From positions 46,748,001-46,812,000 of the forward strand of contig NC_043005.1 of the NCBI RefSeq assembly GCF_006345805.1: DNA of 64,000 nt, read 5' to 3'. The notes beneath the pieces are model-generated. The model did not search any database. It saw nothing but the letters and a program-made list of their open reading frames with translations, and had not been told where the DNA came from. Origin of the DNA: Octopus sinensis (lineage: Eukaryota). Positions 1 to 14,302 of the stretch are shown piece after piece; positions within the stretch are counted from its first letter, which is position 1; every line of letters begins with the position of its first letter. A program made the translations under genes and the position numbers.

Positions 1-1303
1 CTGGTATGAAATTCTATCTCTAACTATTTCAAATTAATTATTGCAGACACCAAGGCAACCTGCAACTCGTAATAATTGAATCGATGCATGAGAATTTATG
101 GTACAATCTAATATTCTGAAACTAACATATTTTGCATATTGACAAAAAGATATTAATTTCTATTAATTCTAGTTTGTTCTAAATCGATTTATGCTGAACA
201 TTAAACGTGGACATATTAAAGTAAACCTCTTTAAGGATTCGCAAGATTTTCTACAGATTTCAGCAATATTAAAATTTTTGAACGAAATCACTGATACCAT
301 AATTATGTACAGGATATCACCAAGTAAGACAAGTAAGACAATTAGGGACTCGGCTTAAAAAAAAAATTGAAATTACTATCCGAAATCAGCCTCCATTTTA
401 GGCGCCAGCTTGGCTTCAGTCCGCTTAATTTTCATTTCTTTCGTTAATTGGCTCTGTAAGGGATGTTTAATTAATTAAGACACCTCATTTTGCCTCGTAC
501 ATTCCATTTCACGTTCGTAATGGAAAGGTTTGCAGAGAGTTTCTCGTTAACAACAGAAAAGAGATATACAATTACAGTTGAATAATGAGGAACGTTGCTA
601 TGTCATAATTTTATACATGCCCATACTGTTCAGCGGAAAACGAAGGACGAGCTTTATCAACGACATGGTTTCAATCCCACTATCAGGAGTTATTGTATTT
701 TACAAGTGCCAAAACTCTCACTGTGAAGAGAATGAATGTCACAGATACATCACTGTCGTGTTTCATTAATACACCGTCTATAAAAAATATATTGTGCCAT
801 TAGACATAGGCATCTATTTGGACATCGTCGTCGTTTAGTGGCAAACACATTAGTGCGATTGCAAATTCTCAAGGAACTTTAAAGAAATTTCGGTTTCGAT
901 TTTCAATTGAAATTTTTTCCTTAATGCTCCTTATTGTATTGTGAAATTGTACTGTAAAACAAACCAACATAAAATTATTTGCTGATTATTTAATTACTTC
1001 TTATAGATTGCCAATTGAAACGAAGATGTACATGATACCTATGTCAGTGCATAGTAGAACACAATTTGATTATATGAATGTGAGATTACGGGTAGATTTA
1101 ATGACAATAGTGTAAAACTCTGGACATGCTATTACAGTACTTCAGATCTGATTTTCATGGGAAGTCATTCATTTTGACAAAGCACAGGATCAAATTTCAA
1201 ACGCTGCCAAGGAATGGACTTCCTTCTTTCGAGTTGACTGACTTCAAGCAACTTTCACATGTAAATGTGCATACATACATACAATAATACGTACATATGC
1301 ATG

Positions 1304-1361
<58 letters not shown>

Positions 1362-2136
1362 TGTGTGTGCGCATGTGTGTTATATATGTTTGTGTAATGA
1401 TTCTATCTACCTTCACATTGTTAATGCCCTATCCCTCTATGTTCCGTAACTTAGTAGAGCAACAAACAGAGGTCACTATAATTATGTATGAAATATAATG
1501 AAGAGCTGAGTACAATACAATTGATTAAAACTCTTGAACAGAGCCCCAACGTAACAACAGTTTAATGACTGAAAGGAGTAAAAGAACAAAAGGACGAAAG
1601 AATATGTACATGTGTAAATATAAATGAACAAACATATATCTATGCTTATTTGAAACTGTGTGGAACTTGCTAAAATAAAGCCTCATGATGGCTAACCACC
1701 CTGTTGATATCAACGAATTATTGCTTGCCTTTATATTTCATCGTATCAAAAACGAGCCTGCAACTCTCATTTGCAGATACACTCTAACCATTTCCTGAAG
1801 GAAACGTCCTATGCACAAATGAATTCCAGCCTTTCTAATATTTCAAAAAAAAGGAATTATTTTATGTTCTCGAAGAATCTAAATTCCTTTGGCATCCACA
1901 GGATATACATTCTCGAGGGTAAAGATTCTAAAATGTATAGAAAAGGTCGAAGGGGTGAATTAGTTCAAGAGCAGAACGGCTGTCATGTTTATAGGAGATG
2001 AATGTTCAAGGCCCACGGACAGCCTTCCACTTGTTCTTTCCAAAGTATTTTTAATCCAATATTTACATGGTATTTTTATAGCTTTATTTGATTCAAGATT
2101 CATCGTTCCTAAAAACTAATATATATATATATATAC

Positions 2137-2170
<34 letters not shown>

Positions 2171-2289
2171 ATAGGAAAGGTTTAGTCACTGATGATCTAA
2201 ACCAGTTACACCCACACACACGTGTGTATATATATATATATATATGCATACACCCACACACACACACACACACATATTTTCAACAAACT

Positions 2290-2432
2290 TCATCCAGTTT
2301 CTATCTACCAAATCTACTCACAGGGCTTTGGTCGGCCCGAGGCTATAGTAGAAGACACTTTTGCTCAAGGTGCCACGCAGCAGGACTAAACCCAAAACCA
2401 TGTGGTCGAGATGCATCTTATGATGCAGCCAC
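2290..2432 (-). mobile_element. SINE family A, 5' (tRNA+CORE-like) half
   Basis: Aligns by eye to the head of the young copy at 21551-21984 (ggctttggtcggcccgaggctatagtagaagacac...gccacgcag). Confidence 0.85.
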
Positions 2433-2449
2433 ACATAAAAATATCTTTT

Positions 2450-2850
2450 CCTTTTTTCACTCATTAGACTGGTACCATGTTGGAACACCACCTTGAAGAA
2501 TGTTAGTCAAATGAATCAACTACAGCACTTTTTTTATAGCCAGGTACTTATTCTATCGCTCGGTGTTGTCGAACTGCTAAGCTATGAGGACGTAAACAAG
2601 CTAACACCAACAAGTGGTGGTGGGGGACAAACAGAGACACAAACACAGACAGATACACACACACACATACACATATATGACGATCTGCTTTCAATTTTCG
2701 TCTACCAATTCCACTCTCAAGTCTTTGGTCTTTGGTCGGCCCGAGGATTTAACAGATGACAGTTGCTCAAGGTGCCACGCTGTAAGACTGAATACAGAAC
2801 CATGTGGTTTGGAAGCAAACGTCTTATCACTCAGCTACGCCTGCACCTAT
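2450..2850 (-). mobile_element. SINE family A, full-length, diverged
   Basis: Tail, internal (CA)n and head occur in the same order as in copies 13111-13594 and 21551-21984. Confidence 0.85.
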
Positions 2851-2887
2851 ATATGTGTCTGTATATCTGTATGAATATATATATATG

Positions 2888-2923
<36 letters not shown>

Positions 2924-4869
2924 CGCATGCACATATTTTCGTATTTTCGTTACTCGGTATATCTGAGCTCCATTCTTCATGTCATTTAATTCCCATAGAC
3001 CATAAAGACAGCACTAAGCACTGGTAATCTGTTGAATTGTTCTACACTCTTAGTGATTAGATATCTCGCTTAGATGCTCTATACATTAGTGTGTACATGT
3101 ATGTATATTTGTGTGTATATGTACGTATGAATTCCAGTGTTTACATACGTTCATTTCTAACATGATTAACTACTCTTGATTGAATATAACCTCTTCCACA
3201 TTTTCCGATACTCTAATCAATCGATCCAGTAATTCGGTGAGCAAATCTTTTACACAAAAGGCTACCTGAGAAAGCTAAACATGCACTGTCTTTCAGAGTG
3301 ATGAGCACAAAAACCGTTCGGGTTAAGAGAGGAGTTTTATATCTCAATTGGTTGAATGATCTCAGTTTCGTTTACTTTACAAGCTGTTTCAAGTGATCAA
3401 AAGAAAAAGCTAGCATTGGAATGGTTTCAACGAAACAAAATACGCTTTATGTTTTTGCTGGTAATTTTGCCGTGTATGAAGAAGCAATTAATTCTTGCCA
3501 AGTAGCAAGGCTGTAAACAAATCTTTATCATTTCCACATTTTGTAAGATTGTCTTTCACTACAGTTTTGAAATGTTTATTTCCTTATACTAAAATGGAAA
3601 CTCGAAATATATTCTATGATAGATCACTGTTGCGTAAGTCAAATTTACATTAGAATTATTTAACCAACGCAGTGATGAATTGTTCTTATAATATTTCAAT
3701 GTGCTTGCACAAATCTTGAGAGAAAAAAAATACAACTTACTGTATAAAATGTACATAAAACGGGGCGGGGAAAACGGACGGAAGAAGGGAAGAGAGAAAG
3801 TGAGTGAAAAGGGGAGAAGAAGGCGGTGAAAGAAAAGGCAAAAGAGATCGGAGCCGAGTGATGGAAGGGAGAGGAAAGAAAACTTCCTTACATATAACGG
3901 CACACATCAAGCCGAAGTGGATATCTTTCAGTTAAAAACAATTACGCCATTTAAGACATCTGCTCACTTACATATTATATTATCAATTGAACTTAACGTT
4001 TAGAGCAAACACACATTGAACTTGTTTTATTTGCAATGAAATATCGTAATAAATAGGTGTTTTATTTATGTTGTCATTTGCTGCATACGAATGTTGGTTC
4101 TTTACACTGCTTCTTCTGGAAACAATGAGAATAACAGCAGCTGCAACTGAAAGTCTGTTGGGGTGTTGAATTAGCGACTTACAAGTCAATGATACGAGTT
4201 CAGCCCTTGGCGATGCGCTGTATTAGCAATCAAGATACTTACTCTCCATTAGCTGTAGGCACGTCTAGTTGTAAATACTTTGCATAGTTTGGTATCCCTA
4301 CCTCTTTTAGGCATTGGAGCATCGGATGCCAGTGAATAAGCCAGTGACTTTTGGGCTGGGGAGATAATCGCTATTTTGATTTAAATTCTTCTAATGGGTC
4401 TCCTTCACATCAGTCATTAAGACAGTTCCTGTTTGCAATTATTAATAAACGAAAAACACAATTATCGGGCCATAATAATTATTTTTCTGCATTGATAACA
4501 GATCAACGAAATGAAGCTTAGTCATTGCAGATCAAAGTCAGTATATGTCTGCTACCTCCAGGGTAATGAAATACATAAGATTTGAATTCAGAATCTAGGA
4601 AAAGAAAATTAAGGAATTAAATACTGTCGGCCGTTTATCCAAACTTTAAGTACTATTTCTAGATAGGGTAAAACGAAGATTCTAAAATGTAGTGAAAGGC
4701 CACACATTTTGGAGAAATGGCACATGTTGTCCCTTGAACCAACCAGGATTTGAAATTGCAACTTAGAAAGGTCTAGCTGAACAATGCATGGTATTTTCCC
4801 CTACGTTCTTCTGATTTTGTCCACAATCACTTATATATATATAAAAAAAAGTAATTAATAATCGCAAAA

Positions 4870-5090
4870 CGTAAGTTGGTGCCTGCCGTTACGTTCTGAG
4901 TTCAAATTCCGCTGAGGTTGACTTTGCCTTTCATCCTTTCGGGATCGATTAAATAAGTGCCAGTTACGCACTGGGGTCGATATAATCGACTTAATCCGTT
5001 TGTCCTCTCTGTGTGTAGCCCGGTGTGGGCAGTAAAGAAATAGGTATTTCGCCTATCTTTACGTTCTGAGTTCAAATTCAGCCGAAATAA
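4870..5090 (+). mobile_element. SINE family C fragments
   Basis: B-box-like gagttcaaattcc followed by gaggttgactttgcctttcatcctttcggg...taagtgccag; a second partial head follows. Confidence 0.8.
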
Positions 5091-5275
5091 ATAAAGAAGT
5101 AAAAAGGTTGTTACACAGTATTTGTTAGCAGAGAGGTTCCGCCCATACTTTTAAGATTCTGGTATTTTTGTATTAACTATAAAAATATGCAATATAAGAA
5201 AAAGAGAGACATCGATCGTGAAAGCTGCTCTTGTTTGGACCATAATTAATGCAATAGCAACAGCTACTTTTTCAT

Positions 5276-5700
5276 TTATCTTTTACTTGTCTGTCATTAG
5301 ACTGCGGCCATGCTGGGGCACCACCTTGTAAAATTATAGTCGAATGGAATGACCGGGTACTTATTTTTCTGTGACAACTGCTACTTATTCTATTATTCTC
5401 TTTTGTCAAACTTCTAGGTTACGGGGACGTAAACACACCAACGTTGTCAAGCAGTGGTGAGAGGCAAATACAGACACGAAGACGCACACACACACACACA
5501 TACATACATACTCACACAGACATATATTTATATAGATATGGGGTTCTTTTAGCTTCCGTATACCAGATACATTCTCATGGCTTTGGTCGGTCCGAGGCTG
5601 TAGTAAAAGACACTTGCCCAATGTGCCACAGAAGGGAACTGAAACTGGAATCATATGGTTGGGAAGGAAACTTCTTACCACACAGCCACCCTGCGCCTAT
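5276..5700 (-). mobile_element. SINE family A, full-length
   Basis: cattagactgcggccatgctggggcacc tail through cttaccacacagccaccctgcgcct head. Confidence 0.9.
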
Positions 5701-6032
5701 CTTCATAATTTGTTCACTACGTTTTATTTTTCTTTAGAAATTTAATATCATTTTTTTTTTAAGAAAAAAGGAAAGGAAGAGAACCGTAAAAATTGAATGA
5801 ATGATGAATTTTTGAAACTGAAAATATTACAGCACCTAAAATTTACTTTGATGAACATTTACAAAATTTTCATAAATCTTTGTAGCTTTCGCGTGAATAT
5901 TTTTTTGGTCTGTCAGTTTGTCACTGTTTCACAATGTTGTCTAACTCATCACGTACGTTGTTGCTGATTGTTATAGCTTAACGATCTTCCATTCACACTT
6001 GACAGAGTACCGTATTATTGTGATGGATCTAA

Positions 6033-6135
6033 CAAAATTCTGTCAAGGTCAACTTTGGCTTTCATACTTTCAAAAACGATAAAATAAGTACCATTTGAGC
6101 ACTTGACTCAATGCAAACGATTAGACCCCCCCCCA
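6033..6135 (+). mobile_element. SINE family C 3' fragment
   Basis: aaggtcaactttggctttcatac...gataaaataagtacc matches other family C copies. Confidence 0.65.
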
Positions 6136-6299
6136 CGAAAAAAAAAGGAAGAAATTCAGACCTTGAGTCTATAGTAAAAAAAAAAAGGGTTATGATGTAT
6201 CTAACAGGCGCTCCTTGAAACCGCCACCACCTCCGAATTGCCATTACCACGCCCTCATCATCAGCATCTCTAGCATTACTCCGCCACCAGAACAACAAC

Positions 6300-6770
6300 T
6301 ACAAAACTAAAGCCGCCGAACTGTACCACCATAGCATTATCACCACCATCACCACCATCACCACCACCATCACCACCATCACCACCACTACCACCACCAC
6401 CACCACCACAACAACAACAACAACAACAACAACAGCAGCAACAAAGACAACAACAACAACAACACCATCACCAGCATCGTGATATCATTACCAAAACAGC
6501 GTTACCACTTCCGCCAGAAGCAGCAGCATCACCACCACCACCACTACCACCAACGCCATATTGTCTAGTACCACCGATACTGTAGTCACTATCACTAATA
6601 CTAACTGCACCACAATCAACAATAATCACTGCAGCCATTGTCAACAACATCGTCCTTTCACTTGCTATTATCATAAGCATTATCATAATTGCTACCTTCA
6701 CCATCACCACGACTATCATAACCATTATCACCACCACCACCGCCACCACCGCCACCACCACCACCACCAT

Positions 6771-6809
<39 letters not shown>

Positions 6810-6915
6810 CAATCAGGCAACTCAATCATCATTACCAACAACCAGATCAACATCAACATGAACATCAACATCGACACTATCATCATTACCATCATCCTCA
6901 TGGCTATCGCCGTCG

Positions 6916-6957
<42 letters not shown>

Positions 6958-7000
6958 CCACTCCCACCACCACCGCCACCACCATCACCACCACCATATG
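6300..7000. repeat. Compound trinucleotide microsatellite (CAC/CAA/CAT/TAC)n
   Basis: Seen directly; explains the poly-H/V/I/M ORFs. Confidence 0.95.
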
Positions 7001-7552
7001 CCGTTTATTCTTTTTGATATTCAGCGTGTGGTTTTTATGACTACACGTCTTACAACTGGGAGAGTAGTTCCCAAGCCTGTCTCTGCTTTATTACAACCTT
7101 ACATCATAGTGTCTAAACTTTATAACCGCACACACTGCAGCCGCTACTTTGTTGCCGGCCGTTGATCAGTCTTTGATCTCACATACATTAATGAGTGTGT
7201 ATAGACTTCATTACCATACACCTGAGAGTCCTGAGTGTGTTTTGAAAACCTTCCCTGTCTCTCATGCAACTGGCATTAGCGGCTAGTTCTTATTACCATA
7301 TATCTAACGGTCTCGACTGAGTTCATATAATCTGACTGACTCTGATGTTTATCAAATATTAGTAGGTTTGATTCATTAATATATCCCTGACATTCCGGAA
7401 CGATATCCTATATTAGCACACAAATTTATAATAAAAACTGTCTGTCCTCGAAAGTTCTTAATGTGTTTCCTGTCATACAAATATCGTTTTAGCAAATAAT
7501 TTGTCTACATTTGTTAAATAATATTCATACGATTAACTAATTATTTCTAATA

Positions 7553-7731
7553 AAAGCACAAGGCTCCAAATTTACCGAGGGCGAAGAAGCAGCCGATTTA
7601 TATTGAACTCAATGCTTGGCTGGTGTTTTATTTTATCGTCCCTGGTGAAAAAAGAAAGGTAAAGAGAATTAGGATCATAATGAACCGGAAGAACTGCTGT
7701 GAAGTATCAAACGATTCTGCCAATCCACGGC
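7553..7731 (-). mobile_element. SINE family C, diverged
   Basis: gcacaaggc tail to acgattctgcca head, reverse orientation. Confidence 0.65.
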
Positions 7732-7732
7732 C

Positions 7733-7930
7733 TTATCTTTTATCTTTTACCTTTTATCCTTTACTTGCTTCTCTCATTAGATTGCGGCCATGCTGGGGCA
7801 CTGCCTGGAAGAAGTTTTTTCCTTTCCAGGCCTGGTACTTATTCTATCGGTTTTCCTTTGCCGAACTGCTAGTTTACGAAGACATAAACGCACCGAAACC
7901 AGTAGTCAAGCGCTGATAGGGGACCAACAA

Positions 7931-7978
<48 letters not shown>

Positions 7979-8466
7979 GCGCGCGCGCGCGACGTGCTTC
8001 TTTCAATCTCTATGTATCAAATCCACTCACAAGGCTTTGATCAACCCGAGGCTATAGTAGAAGACACTTGCCCGAGAAGTCACATTTTCATGCGCCCTTT
8101 TCAAGCCTAGCCAGGCTCATGGGCCCGGTTTCCTGGTTTCTGTGGCGTATGTGTTCCCCCCAGTTGGACGGGACGCCAGTCCATCGTAGCGTTACCCAAG
8201 AAACAGGAAGAAAGAGTGAGAGAAAGTTGCGTCGAAAGAGTACAACAGGGGTCGCCACCACACCCTGCCGGAGCCTCGTAGAGCTTTAGGTGCTTTCGCT
8301 CAATAATCACATACAACGCCCGGTCTGGGAATCGAAACCGCGATCCTCCGACCGCGAGTCCGCTGCTCTAACCACTGGGCCATTGCGCCTCCACGAGATG
8401 TCACATAGTAGGGCAAAATCCGGAACCGTTTGGTTGGGAAGCAAACTTCTTACCACACAGCCACAT
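7733..8466 (-). mobile_element. SINE family A interrupted by a family B insertion
   Basis: A sequence stops at 8085 and resumes at 8395; internal (CA)n(CG)n tract. Confidence 0.9.
8086..8394 (-). mobile_element. SINE family B (tRNA head, V-domain-like core), nested, with 12-bp TSD
   Basis: Minus strand has A-box TGGCCCAGTGG, B-box-like GGTTTCGATTCCC and cgatggactggcgtcccgtcca. TSD gagaagtcacat (8074-8085) / gagatgtcacat (8395-8406). Confidence 0.9.
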
Positions 8467-8483
8467 ATTTAAATAATGATTTC

Positions 8484-8658
8484 ACAAGGCCAGCAATTTT
8501 TAAGGAAAGGAGGTAAATCGACTACTTCAGTTCCAGCGCTCTGATGGTAGTTATTTTGCTGGCCCCGAAAGGATGAAAGGTGAAATCATCCTCAGCGGAA
8601 AAAAATATTGCAGCACATTTTGCCCAATGCTGTAAAAGATTCGCCAGTTCGTCGCCTT
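8484..8658 (-). mobile_element. SINE family C, diverged
   Basis: ccccgaaaggatgaaagg core and gattcgccagttcgtcgcc head. Confidence 0.7.
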
Positions 8659-9206
8659 CTTAAACTTAGATAATTCTTACACGTGCATTGTAGTCTACTG
8701 CAGTCTACTGCCTGGCGATCTACTAAAGATTCGTCAATGCACTCATTCGGCATAGTAGAAATAGTAACCAACTCTCCCTCAAATTAAAACTCTAGTACCA
8801 TGATAATAGACGAATACGTTGGACATTGAAGTCTTAGATGCAGATAGTTCCAGCTTTCCGAGCATCTCATTTCCGAGCTTGCATCTTTATGAAAATTGGC
8901 AAAAAATATGTATTTCTCTTTTCCTATAAAGTTTTAACAAATTTGTGCTCAACGGTTGCTCTAAAACGATCTTTAGTTGAAAGAGTACGCCTGTCATTAA
9001 GCGTAGTTTTAATAATTATATTGACAACAGTTGGTAAGGTTTCTAGTTACTTTTTCCAGATATTATCGTTTTAGGTCCAAATATTTTAGCTACAAGTATA
9101 CATTTTTAGTTAAATATTAATGATAATTATTTTCTGTTGCGTTTGCATTTTGCCATTTTTTTAATGGGGATTATATCATGGTTATTATAATTAAAATATT
9201 TATATG

Positions 9207-9347
9207 GGAAATTTTGCTGAGGTCGACTTTGCCTTTCCTCTCTTTCGCGGTCGATAAAATAAGAAGTACTAGTTGAGTAATAGGACTGGGGTCGCTGTAA
9301 TCTACTTTCATCCTTTGCTGAAAATTCCTGGCCTTGTGCTAAAATCT

Positions 9348-9352
<5 letters not shown>
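9207..9352 (+). mobile_element. SINE family C 3' part
   Basis: gaggtcgactttgcctttc...ggtcgataaaataag...ggccttgtgc. Confidence 0.75.
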
Positions 9353-9385
<33 letters not shown>

Positions 9386-9734
9386 TGTGTGTGCATGTGT
9401 GTGTGTGTGTGTGTGTATGCATCTTTGCATGCATATGTATTTGCTAATGAAGAATAATTAATCTAAGCAATTTACAATCCACATATTGCTATGATGTATC
9501 ATTGATGTTTTTAAAGGCATTTTAATGTTATACAGAATCATACTAATCTCACAGCAAAAAAATTATTGTCCGGATTTCTTGGAATTGCAGTTACACGGTC
9601 AAACTAGGTTATTACGCGTTATGGTAGTAGTTCATTACTGCATAAACCTCTAGTCGATTACGAAAGGTGAGCTTATTGTGAAGGTCGCATGGTTCTCTGA
9701 ATCCTTATTTTATACTAGTCTTTCGGATAATATA

Positions 9735-9779
<45 letters not shown>

Positions 9780-10329
9780 GGAAAGAGAGAGAGAGAGAGA
9801 GATAGAGATAGATAGATATAGATATAGATATTGATATATTTATATTCCATAATGATATACCGTGCAATCACGCACACATATATTCTATAGAAATACAATT
9901 ATACAAATATTATCTCATTCATACATGTATTAGTTTGTCTTGCTTTTTCTAAGATCGACACCGTTTCAGCTGGAAGCGCTAAAATTCATATATCTCTCAT
10001 TCTTACACTCTATGCCCTTCGCAGCTATGTTTAAAAAAGCATCATTGATTACAGACATGCAAAGATAATACCAAAATAGCCTATATCAAACCAATAATGG
10101 TAAGAGAGAAAAGTACTAGAGAATATAAGCAAAAAGAAAAAAAATGCTAGACAAAATTATAAAAAAAAAACAGTAGCGAAAGAAAATGGACGCATGATAT
10201 TTCTAGGTGATTCCATAAAGCTAGACATTTAGAATCGGAAGAAGGCTGTATCATGTGGGAGGATATGTTTCAGGTTTCGATATTCTTTGCCAAAGAAGTC
10301 ACGGAAGTGCTTTGAACGATAACATGAAT

Positions 10330-10462
10330 ATATATGCATACGCATAAGCATACATACATACAGACATGGGTACATACAAACATACATGCACACGTACATA
10401 TATGCGTACGTACAGACATGTATACATACATTCATGAATATATACATGCGCATGTATATATA

Positions 10463-10501
<39 letters not shown>

Positions 10502-10620
10502 ATATATATATATATATATAATATATATTATTATATAATACAAATTCACACGCACAAAAATATATTATATATATACATAATTCATGAATATATACATGCG
10601 CATGTATATATATATATATA

Positions 10621-10680
<60 letters not shown>

Positions 10681-10834
10681 TATAATATATATATATATAT
10701 ATATATTGATATATATATATATATATATAATATATATATTATTATACATATATTCACACACAAAACAATATTATATATATATATATGTAATATAGACAGA
10801 CTGAAATGAGTACAAATATGTATACATTTATGCA

Positions 10835-10873
<39 letters not shown>

Positions 10874-11671
10874 TTACACACACAACACGACCTATATTAT
10901 ATATATATACGACACTCATACACAGAAAGCATATATACACACATACTTATATATATATCTCTCTATATAAGAGTATTTGTGTGTGTGTGTGTTTGTTCAT
11001 GTGGGTATGTTCATGTGTGAGCATGTGGGTGAGTATTTCTGTGCAACAAAAGAACAGTGATATACAAGGCAAAAGGAAGTGAAGAATATATCCGTTTCGT
11101 TGATTTTCTTTACTTGCCTGTCTCATTATTTTCTCTTCATATGTTAACATCTTTCTTCTCCGCCCAGTTTTGCTTTCTTTTCTTTCCTGATATATTTTCT
11201 TACATATTGGCCGTTCATTCGGTACAAATCAATTTTCCCTGTCAACTACAGCGACTATGTAAGGCTATTTATTATATAAATATGACTGGCGTCTGCATAA
11301 ACATGGGTATTATATATAAATATATTCATGTATGTACTCTTTTACTAGTTTTAACTCGAAAGCTGCGGCCATATTGGGGCACCAGCAGTATATGTATATA
11401 TATATATATATATAATATATATATATATATATCAGTTGAAAAAGTTTAAAATAAGGTTGAGAAGATAGATATATATACCCACAGATGAGACACAAATACT
11501 TACACAGAACATGCATAAATACATATAACATATATATATACATACACAACATTATAATATATATATATATATGTTGTGTTGTGTGTGTGTTGTGTGTGTG
11601 AGTGTGTGTGTGTGTGTGTGGGTGGGTGGGATGTGTGGTGTGTGGTGTGTGTGTATCTATCTATCTATCTA

Positions 11672-11708
<37 letters not shown>

Positions 11709-11780
11709 GTATATCACTGTTCTTTTGTTGCACAGAAACACTCTGTATATATGATACAGCGATGCATACATATATACATG

Positions 11781-11814
<34 letters not shown>

Positions 11815-11910
11815 TGTATGTATGTATGTATGTATGTATGTATGTATGTATGTATGTATGTTTATATGTATGTATGCGTGTATGTATGTATGTATGTATT
11901 ATGTATGTAA
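10330..11910. repeat. Compound (TA)n/(TG)n/(TATG)n microsatellite field
   Basis: Seen directly; includes a local ~36-bp direct duplication (ttcatgaatatatacatgcgcatgtata...) near 10432 and 10581. Confidence 0.9.
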
Positions 11911-12739
11911 ACAACGAGGGATTAATAATGGATATTAATCCAGGTTAAATACTTCTTCAGCTCTCTGCAGAAAAAAACAAAGACGTGTGATCTGTATTGT
12001 ACATCGGGTAATCCGAAGTCCAAAACGTAGGTCGCAGTCCATCGCCAGTCATGTTTATGAATCCATGGTTACATTACAGAGTTAAAAGATCGTATGTTTT
12101 TATAGAGGAACACATAAAATAAAAATAAAAGATAATGGGTTACATATATTTGTTATTTACTGTAGGCTTACAGCTGTTTCAGATGTGCAATTGAATGCGT
12201 TCATGGTTCAGTTTTATCTATCAATCAATCAATCGATTGATCGACTGGAGTTATATATGTAATCACCAGGGCATTGCTATCTTCTTCAAAGCCAAAACAA
12301 ATCAACTATTAAGTAAAAATAAACGAAAAGAAACGAAAGAAGATGGAATATGGTCCGTGCGTGCATTTATACAGAACTAGGTCACCTGTTTCTAGTCATC
12401 AACCTTAAGTTATTGTTCTCTCTTATCGTTGGTTAATACTATTAATATCTAGTAAAGTAATTTGATAACCCACAGCCTCGTTAGGTTCAGTGGTAGGCTT
12501 TTGGAGTTTACTATTATATATTAGAAACGATGTGAGAGGGGAAGTATTTGCTAGTAGACAAGCCAAAAGGCAGCTATGGTATTGTTAATCATTTTAAACC
12601 TGAAGAATCAGAATATATCTTATTTATTACCAGGAATTCATTTAAGTACAAAACAGAAGTAGTTAGAACTAGTAATCAGGAATTATTAATAAACTATAAC
12701 AGTTACTCTGCGTTACTATAATTTATTCCATTGATCGCA

Positions 12740-12831
<92 letters not shown>

Positions 12832-13110
12832 AATCTATGTATCTGTCTGTCTGTCTGTCTATAAATATATATAGATGTACTAGCATTAAAGACCCGTCGT
12901 TGCCAGGTCATAGTGCTAGTGCATGTATATATGTGTATATATATGTGTACATATTACATGTACATCTATATATATACATCTACACATAAAATGCAAAATA
13001 CAAAGTTATATATTGATATCGCTAGTGATAACAATACTCAAAATATATAACAAACTGGAATTGTTAGCTCTTCTTTTTCCTCTACATTGTATACTTTATA
13101 GACAATAGAC

Positions 13111-13331
13111 TTTTCTTTACTCTTTTACTCTTTTACTCTTTTACTTGTTTCAGTCATTTGACTGCGGCCATGCTGGAGCACCGCCTTTAATCGAGCAACT
13201 CGACCCCGGGACTTATTTTTTGTAAGCCCAGTACTTATTCTATCGGTCTCTTTTGCCAAACCGCTAAGGAACGGGAACATAAACACACAGCGTCGGTTGT
13301 CAAGCAATGCTTGGGGGAGAAACACAGACAC

Positions 13332-13370
<39 letters not shown>

Positions 13371-13380
13371 ACACACACAC

Positions 13381-13429
<49 letters not shown>

Positions 13430-13594
13430 ACGACGGGCTTCTTTCAGTTTCCGTCTACCAAATCCCCTCACAAGGCTTTGGTTTACCCGAGGCTATAGTA
13501 GAAGACACTTGCGCAAGGTGCCACGCAGTGAGACTGAACCCGGAACCATATGGTTGGTAAACAAGCTACTTACCACACAGCCACTCCTGCGCCT
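13111..13594 (-). mobile_element. SINE family A, young full-length copy
   Basis: Only scattered substitutions versus 21551-21984; (TTTACTC)n tail. Confidence 0.95.
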
Positions 13595-13819
13595 AATTTA
13601 ATTTTTTATTATCCATCTGGACTATTCCATTTCTGCACGCTAATTATATTTTTAATTTATTTCCGTTCATGTGAAACCACTTATTCAAGTTCAAATCATT
13701 GATGCGATTTTATACCAATTGCTATTTTTACTTTTGTATATTACGATTATATTATACTTTAGTTTGATTTTAATTATTACTTACTACATATAATTCTATT
13801 GTTATTATTATTTTTATTG

Positions 13820-14075
13820 TTAAAGTGAAAGCAACTGACATAAAATAGAGAAATATTTTGTTTCACTTTTAACATGCAATACTGAAATAGTGGAGAAGAT
13901 ATGATATTGCTATGGGTTCGCTCTAGGCAAGAAGTTAAACATTTTTTTTGCCCATGAAACTACATGGACCCTACGTAAGGCATGTGTAAAATTTGAATGA
14001 AATTAGTTGTGTAGTTCTCAAGTTTTAGGGAAACACACAGACAGACACACATTCTCAGTTTTATATATATTTAGA
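13820..14075 (+). mobile_element. Possible Helitron/DINE-like non-autonomous element 3' end
   Basis: Ends aaaatttgaatgaaattagttgtgtagttctcaagttttagggaaacacacagacagacacacattctcagttttatatatat, a style I recall from such elements; not verified. Confidence 0.3.
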
Positions 14076-14093
14076 TACGTGTATGTGTGCACG

Positions 14094-14234
14094 AGCGTAG
14101 CTAGAGAGTGTGCCACCCGGCCGTTCCATTTACTGCCCCCGGACCCCACAAAAAATACATATTGCCTACAGCAAACCCAAACTTTAAAAGTGCCGTCCAA
14201 GGCGGACAACCCCTACCGCCCCCTTAGCTACGCT
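14094..14234. mobile_element. Small MITE-like element
   Basis: Terminal inverted repeat agcgtagcta / tagctacgct around a GC-richer 141-bp segment. Confidence 0.4.
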
Positions 14235-14302
14235 AGTGTATGTGCGTGTACATGTAGGTGTATATGTACGTATATATATATATATATATAATATATATAT
14301 AT

